Notes: generated from the letters alone by a model not told the origin. A DNA stretch of 26,210 bases from Candidatus Woesearchaeota archaeon (GCA_015520525.1 WAPY01000002.1:1-26210), one strand, 5' to 3'; positions 15,678 to 24,743 are shown, counted from the first letter of the stretch. A program made the numbers and translations.

Positions 15678-16925
15678 ATGATTCCAAATCCTGAACTGTG
15701 CGTCAAATGTAAAGGAAGGTTGTGGTGCGGACTCGACCACTGCCCAATATTAACGAAGAAAAAAGCTCTCTCCAGAGTAAAGAATAAAATTAAGAATGTG
15801 AAAGAGGATTTCTCGACAAAAACAAACTCAGTGTTCGTCGGCAGAGTAGGATATCCCCAAATAAACCTTGGACTGCTAACTCCTGTGGAAGATCCAAACA
15901 AACCTTATGATAATCCGAAAGAATGGTCTGAAAAAGGCAGGAGCATACAAGAAATAATAGACTTTAGAACAGCGCTCATAAACTCGAGGAAGAAGCAGAA
16001 GAAAGTAATCATAGGCAACGATTACAAAATAAGAAAAATACAGGAAATAACCTTATCCGAGAAGCCTGTCAGCGTTGAAGTGATGCTGAAAGACAAGCCA
16101 AAAATTAACTTGAACTTTTCAACATTCACCCCGCCTTTTGGTCCAAACGCTAAACTTAAAAAAATAAGGGAAGAAGAGAATCCAAAAATAAAAAGTAAGG
16201 TGGATAAATACTACGACGATTACGACACAAAAGCAACGACAGCAGTTTTTGAACTGTATAAGAAAGGAATCGATGAAGCGTTCTTAACCAAAGCGATAAG
16301 CGTCGGATCATTTGGACTGAAGACAAACAGAAAATTAGTTCCGACAAGGTGGTCCATTACTGCGGTTGACGATGCAATAGGAAAACAACTCATAGAAAAA
16401 ATAAAAGACTATGGAAGCTCTGAAAACACAGCCTACTTCGGCGGGCATCTCGGCAACTATTACATTATCCTGTTCTTCTCAGGAGAATGGTCGTATGAAC
16501 TGTTTGAAATGTACATGCCAAAAACTGATTGGAACACGGGAGAAAAACTTCAATACACAACTGACTATGAAAATTATTATGGAAGGAAATCTTACGCTGA
16601 GAACTGCGCCGGCGGGTATTATGCTGCGAGGCTTGGAATTCTCGAAGAGCTTGCGAGGATAAAAAAGCAGGCATCAGTTCTTGCGTTGAGAATAATAACT
16701 CCAGAATATTATGCGCCTTTAGGCGTTTGGGTCGTTAGAGAAGCGGTGAGAAAAGCAATGAAGAATAAACCAATATCCTTCGCCAACGACGAGCTTATGA
16801 TAAAATACGCCCAAGCAGTTGTGAAGAAAAAATACGGCATAACAGAAAAACAATTCAATGAAATAATTACCAAGAGCAAACTTTTAGCAAAGAGAAAAAA
16901 TCAGAAGAAAATAACCGATTATTGA
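15678..16925 (+). CDS. nre: Nre family PCNA-interacting DNA repair protein
   Basis: N-terminal CVKC-x5-C-x4-C cluster, SVFVGRVGYP, RKLVPTRWSITAVDD, GGYYAARL, LGVWVVREAVR and C-terminal PIP-like QKKITDY. The 3' end overlaps the alaS 3' end by 7 bp. Confidence 0.92.
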   Translation: MIPNPELCVKCKGRLWCGLDHCPILTKKKALSRVKNKIKNVKEDFSTKTNSVFVGRVGYPQINLGLLTPVEDPNKPYDNPKEWSEKGRSIQEIIDFRTALINSRKKQKKVIIGNDYKIRKIQEITLSEKPVSVEVMLKDKPKINLNFSTFTPPFGPNAKLKKIREEENPKIKSKVDKYYDDYDTKATTAVFELYKKGIDEAFLTKAISVGSFGLKTNRKLVPTRWSITAVDDAIGKQLIEKIKDYGSSENTAYFGGHLGNYYIILFFSGEWSYELFEMYMPKTDWNTGEKLQYTTDYENYYGRKSYAENCAGGYYAARLGILEELARIKKQASVLALRIITPEYYAPLGVWVVREAVRKAMKNKPISFANDELMIKYAQAVVKKKYGITEKQFNEIITKSKLLAKRKNQKKITDY

Positions 16926-19456
16926 TTTCTGTTCTTCTCATCGGCCATCTTTATGTCATTTAAAAATCTCTTAACAGTCTTAACTAAATACTCCTTTTGA
17001 GTCCTCAGAATATTGGATGACTCCTTCAATATGTCCTCTGAGGAGCCTGAGTAAGACTCATGACAGGATAGTTTGAACTCGACATTCTTATGCTTCTTGA
17101 CTATGCTTTTCCACAAAGAAAACAACTCCTTAACTCTGCATGGAACTTCATCTCTCCTGCAATTTAATAACTTGGACAATTCATCAACAACCTTAGAGTC
17201 GTTGTCTAGAAGTTTTTTCGCAGCCTCACCCGCTACAAATTCAATCCTCACGACGCCGTCCCTAACCTTTGAAGTTTTGATAATCTTAATCAGCTCAGCC
17301 TCCGAAGTTCTGTTCAAGTGAGTTCCTCCGCAAGCCTCAACATCAAAGTTTGGAATTTCGACAACTCTAATTTCTCTGCCGGGAACAGCACCGCCTTGGT
17401 AAAGCCTGAATCCAAACTTTTCCTCAGCAATATTTCTCGGAAGAAAATACTTCTTGACCTCAACATCTTTCTTAATTATTTCATTAGCTAAATCCTCAAT
17501 CTCCCTAATCTCAGAATCACTTAACTGCTCATAATGAGTAATATCAAGCCTCGCCTTGTCAATTGTCTTGGAAGCTCCGGCCTGCCAAACATGATTTCCT
17601 AAAATCCTTCTGGCAGAACCGTTAACTATGTGGGTGGCTGTGTGGTGTTGAGTAAGTTGCTTCCTCCTGTCAAAATCAATCCTGCACTTGACTCTATCGC
17701 CGACTTTGAAATTAACAGAGTTGAGAACATGAACTATCAAATTTCCCTGCTTGAAAACATCAACGACTTCAGAGTTGTTTATCCTGCCCGTGTCGTGAGC
17801 CTGGCCTCCTGATGTTGGGTAGAAAGCAGTCCTGTCAAGAAGAACAAAAAACTTGTTGTCCTTATTAACAATATCTACAACCTCTGCGTCAAAATCTACC
17901 AAAGTGTAATCATTGAAATAAAGCGCCTCCGTCTTTTTCTGGCTGTTGAAGTTTACGAGTTCAGTCCTCTTAGTCTGCGTCTCGTTCTTAACTTGAGAAT
18001 GCTTCTCATTGAGCAGAGAATAAAAATTATCAGGTACTTTTATATGGATTCCTATGCTCTTAGCGTATGAGACAATACTCTCGGGGCTTATTCCCTTACT
18101 GTCATACAGCTCCACAAACTTCTCAGTTGATATCTCTCTGTTGGAACTGAACAACTTCTCAGTAATCCTCTTAATATTTGAAAGCGTGTTCTTATACTTC
18201 CCAACTTCAACATCCACTATCTTGTTAACATCATCTAAATTTTCCCTCAACTCAGGGAATAATTCTTTTAATTCCTCAGCGTGCCATTCTATAACATCCT
18301 TCAAATCAATGTTCCATGAGTATTGGCTGATAAAAGATAAAGCCCTCCTCAAAATAAGTCGTAAATTATAACCTCCGCCTGAATTGCTCGGCAAGACTCC
18401 ATCATTTAAAGCAACAAGCAAACTTCTGCTGTGCTCTGCAATAGAGTATAAAGCTTGGAATGTTGAGACCTTTGACTTCAACTCATCAACATCATAATTT
18501 ATTCTGTCAGCTATGAAAGACCAGGCTTTGTCAATATTGTCAACTTCATCGCTGTTGAGCATTGAAGCGTAAGGCAGGAACTCTGACATAATCTTTGAAT
18601 CCTGGCTCATTCCAGTAATAGAATAAAGCTTTCTCATGACATTAGGGAATACAGCGTCATAACTTGTGTGGGTCCCTTGAGAAAACCAAGCATTCCTCTC
18701 CTGGCCCATGCCCATGTCCAAAACTTTTAAAGACAAAGGCTTCAATTTATCGTTCTCAACTCTATAACCAGTGTAAACCTGATTCCCCAACTCCAAGCCT
18801 CGAGAGAAAAACTCTAGAGAAACGCCGGCGTTGCCTCCGCCAGCCCAAGCATCCTCATGGAAAACAAACTCATCCTCTGGGATTTCAAGACCTTTAGTTA
18901 ACCAAGTGTAAATATCCTCAAAATACTTCTCTTGGTTGAATTCTTCGGGAGGTTTGAAAGCGTGCTGGCCTATCATAACGAAACCGGTGTAATGAGAGCC
19001 GGTCAAACCAACATTGTCAACATCATTAAACCTTAAAGAGAATTGAGGGACGACTAAAGGATTTGCAGGCGGCTCAACCTCGCCTGAAACAACATAAGGC
19101 TGGAAGTCATAAATAGACGCTTGAACAAAATCAGTGTCCTTGCGCCACCTCGCAGCAACAGGGTACCTTTTTATTGGAGTATAACCTAAATCAGAGAACA
19201 ACTTTGAGAATTTCTTCCACACACCAACATAAGAAAGGTTAGCTCTTGAAGGAGAATCATTTATGAATTTATAACCACCAACACAAGAAGAGTCACCGCA
19301 GAAATCCCTCGGCTTTGAGCTCCAGAAAAAACGGCCGCACTTCTTGCACTTGTACCTCTTGAAGCCAAGCTCCTCAAGCTTTTTCACGGGATAAAACTTC
19401 TCAGGATTCTTAGCAGTCAAGCCTCTTAAGTAATTCTTAATCTCCTTATTGTTCAT
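16919..19456 (-). CDS. alaS: alanyl-tRNA synthetase (archaeal type; editing domain present, C-Ala globular domain apparently missing)
   Basis: N-terminal CKKC..CGD Zn site, HYTGFVMIGQHAF, DMGMGQER, YSIAEHSRSL, FYPTSGGQ, QHHTATH and EACGGTH. Confidence 0.96.
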   Translation of the reverse strand: MNNKEIKNYLRGLTAKNPEKFYPVKKLEELGFKRYKCKKCGRFFWSSKPRDFCGDSSCVGGYKFINDSPSRANLSYVGVWKKFSKLFSDLGYTPIKRYPVAARWRKDTDFVQASIYDFQPYVVSGEVEPPANPLVVPQFSLRFNDVDNVGLTGSHYTGFVMIGQHAFKPPEEFNQEKYFEDIYTWLTKGLEIPEDEFVFHEDAWAGGGNAGVSLEFFSRGLELGNQVYTGYRVENDKLKPLSLKVLDMGMGQERNAWFSQGTHTSYDAVFPNVMRKLYSITGMSQDSKIMSEFLPYASMLNSDEVDNIDKAWSFIADRINYDVDELKSKVSTFQALYSIAEHSRSLLVALNDGVLPSNSGGGYNLRLILRRALSFISQYSWNIDLKDVIEWHAEELKELFPELRENLDDVNKIVDVEVGKYKNTLSNIKRITEKLFSSNREISTEKFVELYDSKGISPESIVSYAKSIGIHIKVPDNFYSLLNEKHSQVKNETQTKRTELVNFNSQKKTEALYFNDYTLVDFDAEVVDIVNKDNKFFVLLDRTAFYPTSGGQAHDTGRINNSEVVDVFKQGNLIVHVLNSVNFKVGDRVKCRIDFDRRKQLTQHHTATHIVNGSARRILGNHVWQAGASKTIDKARLDITHYEQLSDSEIREIEDLANEIIKKDVEVKKYFLPRNIAEEKFGFRLYQGGAVPGREIRVVEIPNFDVEACGGTHLNRTSEAELIKIIKTSKVRDGVVRIEFVAGEAAKKLLDNDSKVVDELSKLLNCRRDEVPCRVKELFSLWKSIVKKHKNVEFKLSCHESYSGSSEDILKESSNILRTQKEYLVKTVKRFLNDIKMADEKNRNQ

Positions 19457-19495
19457 GAGAAAGATATTCCACGCATGGTATAAATAATTTTTGTA

Positions 19496-19568
19496 TGGGC
19501 CCGCCCGGATTTGAACCGGGGACCTCCGCCACGTGAAGGCAGCGTTATAGCCACTAAACCACGAGCCC
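19496..19568 (-). tRNA. tRNA-Val(CAC), no intron, CCA not encoded
   Basis: Reverse complement GGGCTCG TG GTTTAGTGGCTATAAC G CTGCC TTCACGT GGCGG AGGTC CCCGG TTCAAAT CCGGG CGGGCCC A folds as a 73-nt cloverleaf with anticodon CAC (19533-19535). A TATA-like AAAAAGTTTTAAAA lies within the 3' end of the upstream gene. Confidence 0.95.
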
Positions 19569-19582
19569 TTAACATGAGGTTT

Positions 19583-20749
19583 TTATTCCTGTTTTAAAAC
19601 TTTTTGCTTGACAAACTCAACAATCTTATCAGGTTCAAGCTCTGTTGAACAGACAGCAAAGTCCTTACTGCCACCGCCCTTCCCATTCTCTTTTATTAAC
19701 TCTTTAATTATGCCGCCACAGTCAACATTTTTTGAGCAGAGTATAACTTCATTCAACCCATCTTTTTTATTTATGAATAAGACTGTGTTGTTTGAGCACA
19801 AGCCTTTTACGCCTCTCATAAGAACCTTCGACTCCTCATTGTTGAATATGAAATAGGAGAATCTGTCAGCTTTCAATGTTTTTAAATACTCTAAGAGGTA
19901 ATGATGATACTTCTGTTTGAATCTTGCCTTGTTATCCATCATTTCTTTAACTTCTTTTACTAGATTGTCCTTTCCGACAAGTTTTCTTAACAATCTTGCC
20001 TCCTCACTTAATTCCTGTCTTCTTCTCTCAGCTTCTTCCCCCACAACAAATGATACAACATAGTAATCCTTCTCATGCTTGAAATCAGTGACTAAGAAAT
20101 CTCCAATTTCTCTTGTATTCTCAACATGAGTTCCTGAGCATGCGGATAAGTCATAACCATCAAACTCTACAACTCTAACAAAATCATCTTTAATCCTGTT
20201 TTCTTTTATTCTTAAGCCTCTGCTTATCAAATCATTTAGGTTGTCTCTGCTTCTGTAATGAATAATCCTCTTGAGCCCTTTCTTTATAACATCTCTTGTC
20301 AGGACTTCAGCTTTAAATATGTCTTCATAATTTAAGGAATCAGCCTTTATGAAAATTTGAGGAGTCTCATCAAGATTAATCTTGTAAACATCAGCTGTTT
20401 CATTCACTTTTTTTAAAGAGCCAAAGAAAATGTGCTCGGCAGAGTGAAGTTTTGTAAATCTTGCTCTCCTATCTTTGTCTACAATTAATTCAACCTCTTT
20501 TGAATCCGGAATCTCTTTAACCCAATGAAGAATATTCCCTTTATCATCAGAGGTTGCTTTTATAATCTCAATCCTTCTGCCGTTTGAAACCAGCCAGCCT
20601 TTATCATAAGGTTGACCTCCGGAACTTGGCCTGAAAGGAGTCTTATCTAAAATAACTCCAAAAATATCGTTATCTTTAATTACTGATTTGACATTAGCTT
20701 TTAAAGTTAAAATGTTGTTATCATAATACTTGAACAATTCCTTATTCAT
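19583..20749 (-). CDS. alaX: AlaX trans-editing protein, long form with C-terminal DHHA1/C-Ala-like domain
   Basis: LDKTPF.P..GGQP.D.G, HSAEH (HxxxH), ACSGTH (CxxxH) and C-terminal GKGGGSKDFA. ATG 20749 is preferred because a TATA-like ATTTATTAAA lies about 20 nt upstream. Confidence 0.88.
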   Translation of the reverse strand: MNKELFKYYDNNILTLKANVKSVIKDNDIFGVILDKTPFRPSSGGQPYDKGWLVSNGRRIEIIKATSDDKGNILHWVKEIPDSKEVELIVDKDRRARFTKLHSAEHIFFGSLKKVNETADVYKINLDETPQIFIKADSLNYEDIFKAEVLTRDVIKKGLKRIIHYRSRDNLNDLISRGLRIKENRIKDDFVRVVEFDGYDLSACSGTHVENTREIGDFLVTDFKHEKDYYVVSFVVGEEAERRRQELSEEARLLRKLVGKDNLVKEVKEMMDNKARFKQKYHHYLLEYLKTLKADRFSYFIFNNEESKVLMRGVKGLCSNNTVLFINKKDGLNEVILCSKNVDCGGIIKELIKENGKGGGSKDFAVCSTELEPDKIVEFVKQKVLKQE

Positions 20750-20821
20750 AAGAGTAGGTTTGCTGTTTGATTTAATAAATTTATGAAAAATATTATAAAT
20801 CATTAGAATACACTTAATCTT

Positions 20822-22126
20822 ATGAATTTAAGACAATTAAAAGGGACGAAGGAGTTTTTGCCGAAAGAACAGATTGTTAGAGAGTATATAGTTGATACTC
20901 TCAAAGAAGTGTTTAAGCTTTACGGGTACAAGCCCATAGAGACATCTATACTTGAATTTTATGACATTGCGTCATCAAAGTATGCGGGCGGTTCTGAAAT
21001 ACTCAAGGAAACATACACTCTAAAAGACCAAGGCAATAGAGACCTTGTTTTGAGGTATGAGCTTACATTTAAACTTGCCAAACTTGTGGGATTAAATCCA
21101 GACATAAGGTTTCCTTTCAAGAGGTATGAGATAGGCAAAGTTTTTAGAGACGGGCCTGTAAAAACTGGAAGGTTGAGGGAATTTACACAATGCGATGTTG
21201 ATATTATTGGAGTTAAGAGTGAAGTTGTGAATTCTGAGCTTATGTCCCTTGTTTCTGAAGCTTTCAAGAGATTAGGGCTGAAGATTTATGTGGAAGTCAA
21301 CAACAGAAAACTCCTATTTGGAATAATGAAAGAGTTTGGAATTGAGGAAGACAAATTTGTTGACTTCGCCTTGAGTTTAGATAAGATTGAGAAGATAGGC
21401 AAGAAGGGAGTTGAAGAAGAATTATTAAATAAAGGGTTTAATAAGAAGGTTGTTGATAAAGTGTTCGGCATAGTCGAAAGCACAGATAAAATCAAGGATA
21501 ATTTTGAGAAAATAAAATTCTTGAAAGAGAAGTTAAGTAATGAGCTTGCGTCTGAAGGCATAAGAGAACTTGAAGAGTTCTTCAACTACTGCAAAAATTT
21601 CAATATTCAGGATGAGATTATTCTCAGCCCCAACCTGTCGAGGGGATTAGGTTATTACACAGGAACGATATTTGAGGTGTTTCTAAAAGATTCAAACATC
21701 AAAAGTTCCATAGCAGCTGGGGGAAGATGGGATAATATGATACAAAAATTTTTAGGTTCTAAATTAGATTACCCCGCGACTGGTCTTGCTTTCGGCCTTG
21801 ATGTAATCTATGAAGCGATTAAAGAGAAAGGACTCGGCGATGTTAAAGTTAAGAAGATACCGCAAGTTTTAATCGTGCCTATAAAAACACTCAACAAAAC
21901 ATTAAGCATAGCATCAGAGCTTAGAAAAGAAGGAATAAGCTGCGACATAGCATTCAATAAAAAACTCAGCAAAGCGTTGAACTACGCAAACAAGGAGGAC
22001 ATACCATACTGCCTTATAATCGGCGATGAAGAGATTGAAAAGAAGGAATACAAGCTGAAGAATATGAGAACTGGAGAAGAAAATCTAATGAGCCTCCAAA
22101 GTATAATAAAAAAATTGAAATCTTAA
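20822..22126 (+). CDS. hisS: histidyl-tRNA synthetase
   Basis: LKGTKEFLP, LRYELT, GRLREFTQCDVDIIG, RGLGYYTG, AAGGRWD, GLAFGLD and an anticodon-binding domain. Confidence 0.97.
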   Translation: MNLRQLKGTKEFLPKEQIVREYIVDTLKEVFKLYGYKPIETSILEFYDIASSKYAGGSEILKETYTLKDQGNRDLVLRYELTFKLAKLVGLNPDIRFPFKRYEIGKVFRDGPVKTGRLREFTQCDVDIIGVKSEVVNSELMSLVSEAFKRLGLKIYVEVNNRKLLFGIMKEFGIEEDKFVDFALSLDKIEKIGKKGVEEELLNKGFNKKVVDKVFGIVESTDKIKDNFEKIKFLKEKLSNELASEGIRELEEFFNYCKNFNIQDEIILSPNLSRGLGYYTGTIFEVFLKDSNIKSSIAAGGRWDNMIQKFLGSKLDYPATGLAFGLDVIYEAIKEKGLGDVKVKKIPQVLIVPIKTLNKTLSIASELRKEGISCDIAFNKKLSKALNYANKEDIPYCLIIGDEEIEKKEYKLKNMRTGEENLMSLQSIIKKLKS

Positions 22127-22169
22127 TCTGGCGTGTATCTTTCTTCGATTGCTTGAAATATCTGTTTCT

Positions 22170-23018
22170 TTACTCTTCTAAAAGTTTTTGATTGGCTTTT
22201 TGTTTCCTCTGGAATTTATGCCTTAACACCCAAGTGAGAACCTTCGGCAGGGGCTCATACTGTTCATGAGCAACTGTATCATAGACTTCTGGGTTCTTCG
22301 TCTGATTCAAGAATTCTTTGAGTGAACTTATGAACTGCTCTCCATTTTTTAAGTTGATAAACTCTTCAGGGAGAATCATGTATGAATAAGCGATTCCAGA
22401 AATGTCGTGGGAATCATTTGAACAAATCTTGCCCAAATTGTTTTGATCAGCGTATTCTCTCGCTTCCATATTAAACTTTTTGAGATATAAACCTGCTTGA
22501 GCGTTGAAGACCTCGACAGCATCAACCTCCTCTTTAATTTTATCCAATCCCTCTCTTCCGACACCTCCAAATTTCTTTATAAAGGGATGTGCAGGAATTG
22601 CAATTCCTCCTTCATCATGAGTTATGTCTGTTAAGTCCTCAACAGTATAATTTTCTGGAGCATTTATGTTTTTGTATCCAATTAATAGGATATGGCCTTC
22701 CTTTGACCTTGCTTCCATAGCTTTTGGAATAATCATTTGCTTATTGCCATTTTCAACGATGAGAAGGTTGCCGTCAACTTTGTCGATTTTGAATTTGGAG
22801 TCATTCTTTAGTTCTTTATAATTTTTGATTAAATAATTAAAAGCTCTGTTGTTGTTTGAGTCAGTTATTACCAACATCCCTATGTTCTTTTTGAACGCAT
22901 AATTTAACACTTTTTCAAGTTTCACCCTTTGTAGATAAGGATCTCCAGAAAATTCAGTATGAACATGAAAGGAAGCAATAACATTATTTTTAAGTATGTC
23001 CTCTAATCTTTTTGCCAT
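22170..23018 (-). CDS. PHP-domain protein (paralog 1), partly degenerate metal site
   Basis: FHVHTEFS, ITDSN, MEA..KEGHILLIG, PAHPF, DAVEVFN and CSNDSH. Confidence 0.85.
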   Translation of the reverse strand: MAKRLEDILKNNVIASFHVHTEFSGDPYLQRVKLEKVLNYAFKKNIGMLVITDSNNNRAFNYLIKNYKELKNDSKFKIDKVDGNLLIVENGNKQMIIPKAMEARSKEGHILLIGYKNINAPENYTVEDLTDITHDEGGIAIPAHPFIKKFGGVGREGLDKIKEEVDAVEVFNAQAGLYLKKFNMEAREYADQNNLGKICSNDSHDISGIAYSYMILPEEFINLKNGEQFISSLKEFLNQTKNPEVYDTVAHEQYEPLPKVLTWVLRHKFQRKQKANQKLLEE

Positions 23019-23038
23019 GCCTTAAGAATAATTCGGGA

Positions 23039-23052
23039 GTATTTAAATCTTA
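23039..23052 (-). promoter_or_regulatory. BRE/TATA of PHP paralog 1 (TAAGATTTAAATAC)
   Basis: 14-nt element 20 nt upstream of the ATG, identical to the element upstream of paralog 2. Confidence 0.65.
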
Positions 23053-23061
23053 CTATTTTTA

Positions 23062-23961
23062 CTACTTGTTGGTGGCTATTTTTAGCTTTTCTAAGGCTTT
23101 TCCATACATAAGTAAGGCTTCCCACTTTATTAAATCAGTCATTCTTTCAGGTGTTTCATGAGCAATTTTATTGTAGAAACTAAGATTTTTGGTTAAGTAG
23201 AGGATTCTTTTAATTGAATTTATATAATCTTGGGCGTTGTTCGTGTTTATAAGCTCCTTAGGAAACATCATATATGTCTTGCCTATACTATCAACTGGAA
23301 GTTGGGCGTCATTTGAACAAATTCTACTTAGATTCTTTTCTTTGGCGAATTTCTTTGCTTTCTCGTTGAATCTGTTCAGAGGACCTGTCAATTGAGAATT
23401 GTAAACTTCAACAGCATCAATCCTAGTCAGCATTTGAAGTAAGTTGTATTCTCCTACTCCTCCAGAAAATGTTGCGTATGGGTGGGCTGGAATGACAATA
23501 CCTCCTTGATTATGAACCTCATCCGCCAGATTAAATAAATCTAATCCTTCTAAATTGCTTATCTTTTTATTGTAGCCAATTAACAGCATGTGGCCTTTTT
23601 TGTGGTGAAACTCCATAGCTCTTGGAATATACAAGCTCTTGCCACTGCCCTTGTCAGTTACCCTTATTACTCTGTTATCATCTTCCTCAATTACATAATC
23701 TCCCGATAGATTTTTTAATTCATCAAAGAATTGGTCATTTGACTTGTCTGTGACAACCAGTAAGCCAATGTCATTCTTAAAAGCTTCTCTAAGCACGAAT
23801 TCAACAGTTGCATTTCTGTTCAGCCACTCATTAGAATATTTTGTGTGATGGTGAAATGACGCCTTCACGAATTCTCCTTTAAACTCATTATTTATTATCT
23901 CTTCCAGGATGCTACTCTCCTTAGCAGTCATTCCCTCCGGACATATTGGTATAGATAACAT
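23062..23961 (-). CDS. PHP-domain protein (paralog 2), more degenerate metal site
   Basis: FHHHTKYS, VTDKS, MEF..KKGHMLLIG, PAHPY, DAVEVYN and CSNDAQ. Collinear with paralog 1. Confidence 0.85.
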   Translation of the reverse strand: MLSIPICPEGMTAKESSILEEIINNEFKGEFVKASFHHHTKYSNEWLNRNATVEFVLREAFKNDIGLLVVTDKSNDQFFDELKNLSGDYVIEEDDNRVIRVTDKGSGKSLYIPRAMEFHHKKGHMLLIGYNKKISNLEGLDLFNLADEVHNQGGIVIPAHPYATFSGGVGEYNLLQMLTRIDAVEVYNSQLTGPLNRFNEKAKKFAKEKNLSRICSNDAQLPVDSIGKTYMMFPKELINTNNAQDYINSIKRILYLTKNLSFYNKIAHETPERMTDLIKWEALLMYGKALEKLKIATNK

Positions 23962-23984
23962 GAGCGTGATAAACCTGAGAGGTT

Positions 23985-23998
23985 GTATTTAAATCTTA
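23985..23998 (-). promoter_or_regulatory. BRE/TATA of PHP paralog 2 (TAAGATTTAAATAC)
   Basis: Exact copy of 23039-23052, 23 nt upstream of the ATG. Confidence 0.65.
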
Positions 23999-24053
23999 TC
24001 ATAATTAAAAGGAATCATATTAAGTATAACTCCTTTACAGTAATAACTAACCG

Positions 24054-24068
24054 AAAAGTTTATAAATA
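24054..24068 (+). promoter_or_regulatory. BRE/TATA of the glycine-zipper gene
   Basis: AAAAGTTTATAAATA. The TTG at 24078 is too close to it to be the start, so ATG 24099 is preferred. Confidence 0.55.
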
Positions 24069-24098
24069 AATTCTTTCTTGTATTATCCGGCGGTATTG

Positions 24099-24527
24099 AT
24101 GAGTAAAGAAATAATGTATAAACCTCAGCCTTCTGCTTTTGTCACAATACCTAATGAGAGCGCTAAGTTAAGATGGCTGGTGGGTTTAACTTCTTTAAGT
24201 CTTGGAGTAATCGCTGGCTACTTTCGTTCTCACGGTATCAAAGTTACTGATAATACATATAAACTTTTGATTTATAGTCCTGCTGTTGTTCAAGGAAGTT
24301 TGGGAGCTGTATTTGGAGGAATATCCGGAGCGTTGGGTGGAAAACAAATAGCTAAAGAGAACATTAAGCGCTTGAAAGGTCTTGAGAAAGTGATTGCAGA
24401 AACTAAAGAAATAATCATGGGAGCCACAGTGGAAGGCTCTGCGAAATCGGTTTTGGGAATTGTGAGCGGAGGAGCGGAGACTCTTGTTGGATACACTATA
24501 GGAAGTTTAGTTGGGCATTTTTATTAA
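24099..24527 (+). CDS. hypothetical Gly-rich membrane-associated protein with glycine-zipper motifs
   Basis: 142 aa, 20 Gly. GAVFGGISGALGG and GYTIGSLVG (GxxxGxxxG). Own promoter. Confidence 0.7.
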   Translation: MSKEIMYKPQPSAFVTIPNESAKLRWLVGLTSLSLGVIAGYFRSHGIKVTDNTYKLLIYSPAVVQGSLGAVFGGISGALGGKQIAKENIKRLKGLEKVIAETKEIIMGATVEGSAKSVLGIVSGGAETLVGYTIGSLVGHFY

Positions 24528-24530
24528 TTC

Positions 24531-24686
24531 TCATCGCTTCTTTCCCCTCTTTACTGTTCTAATCTTTAGATAATGCTTCCCAGTAAGGTTAATACTTCAA
24601 TCTTTGAGCCTGTTTTGAAGTTATTACTTCCTAAACGCTTTGAGATAACAATCTGCTTTTAGTTATCTTTGCAGTTCTGATTTCAT
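24531..24686 (-). pseudogene. possible frameshifted remnant of an AbrB/MazE/SpoVT-type gene
   Basis: Three consecutive frames give NEIRTAKITK (24687-24658), KQIVISKRLGSNNFKTGSKIEVLT (24658-24587) and LTGKHYLKIRTVKRGKKR* (24587-24531). Together they resemble the swapped-hairpin pattern K(I/V)TxKGQIxIPK...FKxGxKI.....IxIRP. Confidence 0.35.
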
Positions 24687-24743
24687 TTGATATTATTTCA
24701 TCACATTTTTTACAGTAACTAAATAATGAGTGCAGTCTCTCTT

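Noticed and set aside
17073-18897. Plus-strand ORFs inside alaS
   Set aside because: Antisense shadows without coding motifs; alaS fully accounts for the region.
19496-19568. Split, permuted or intron-containing tRNA, or an integration site at tRNA-Val
   Set aside because: It is a complete 73-nt cloverleaf with no bulge-helix-bulge intron. I saw no duplicated tRNA 3' end and no integrase in the window.
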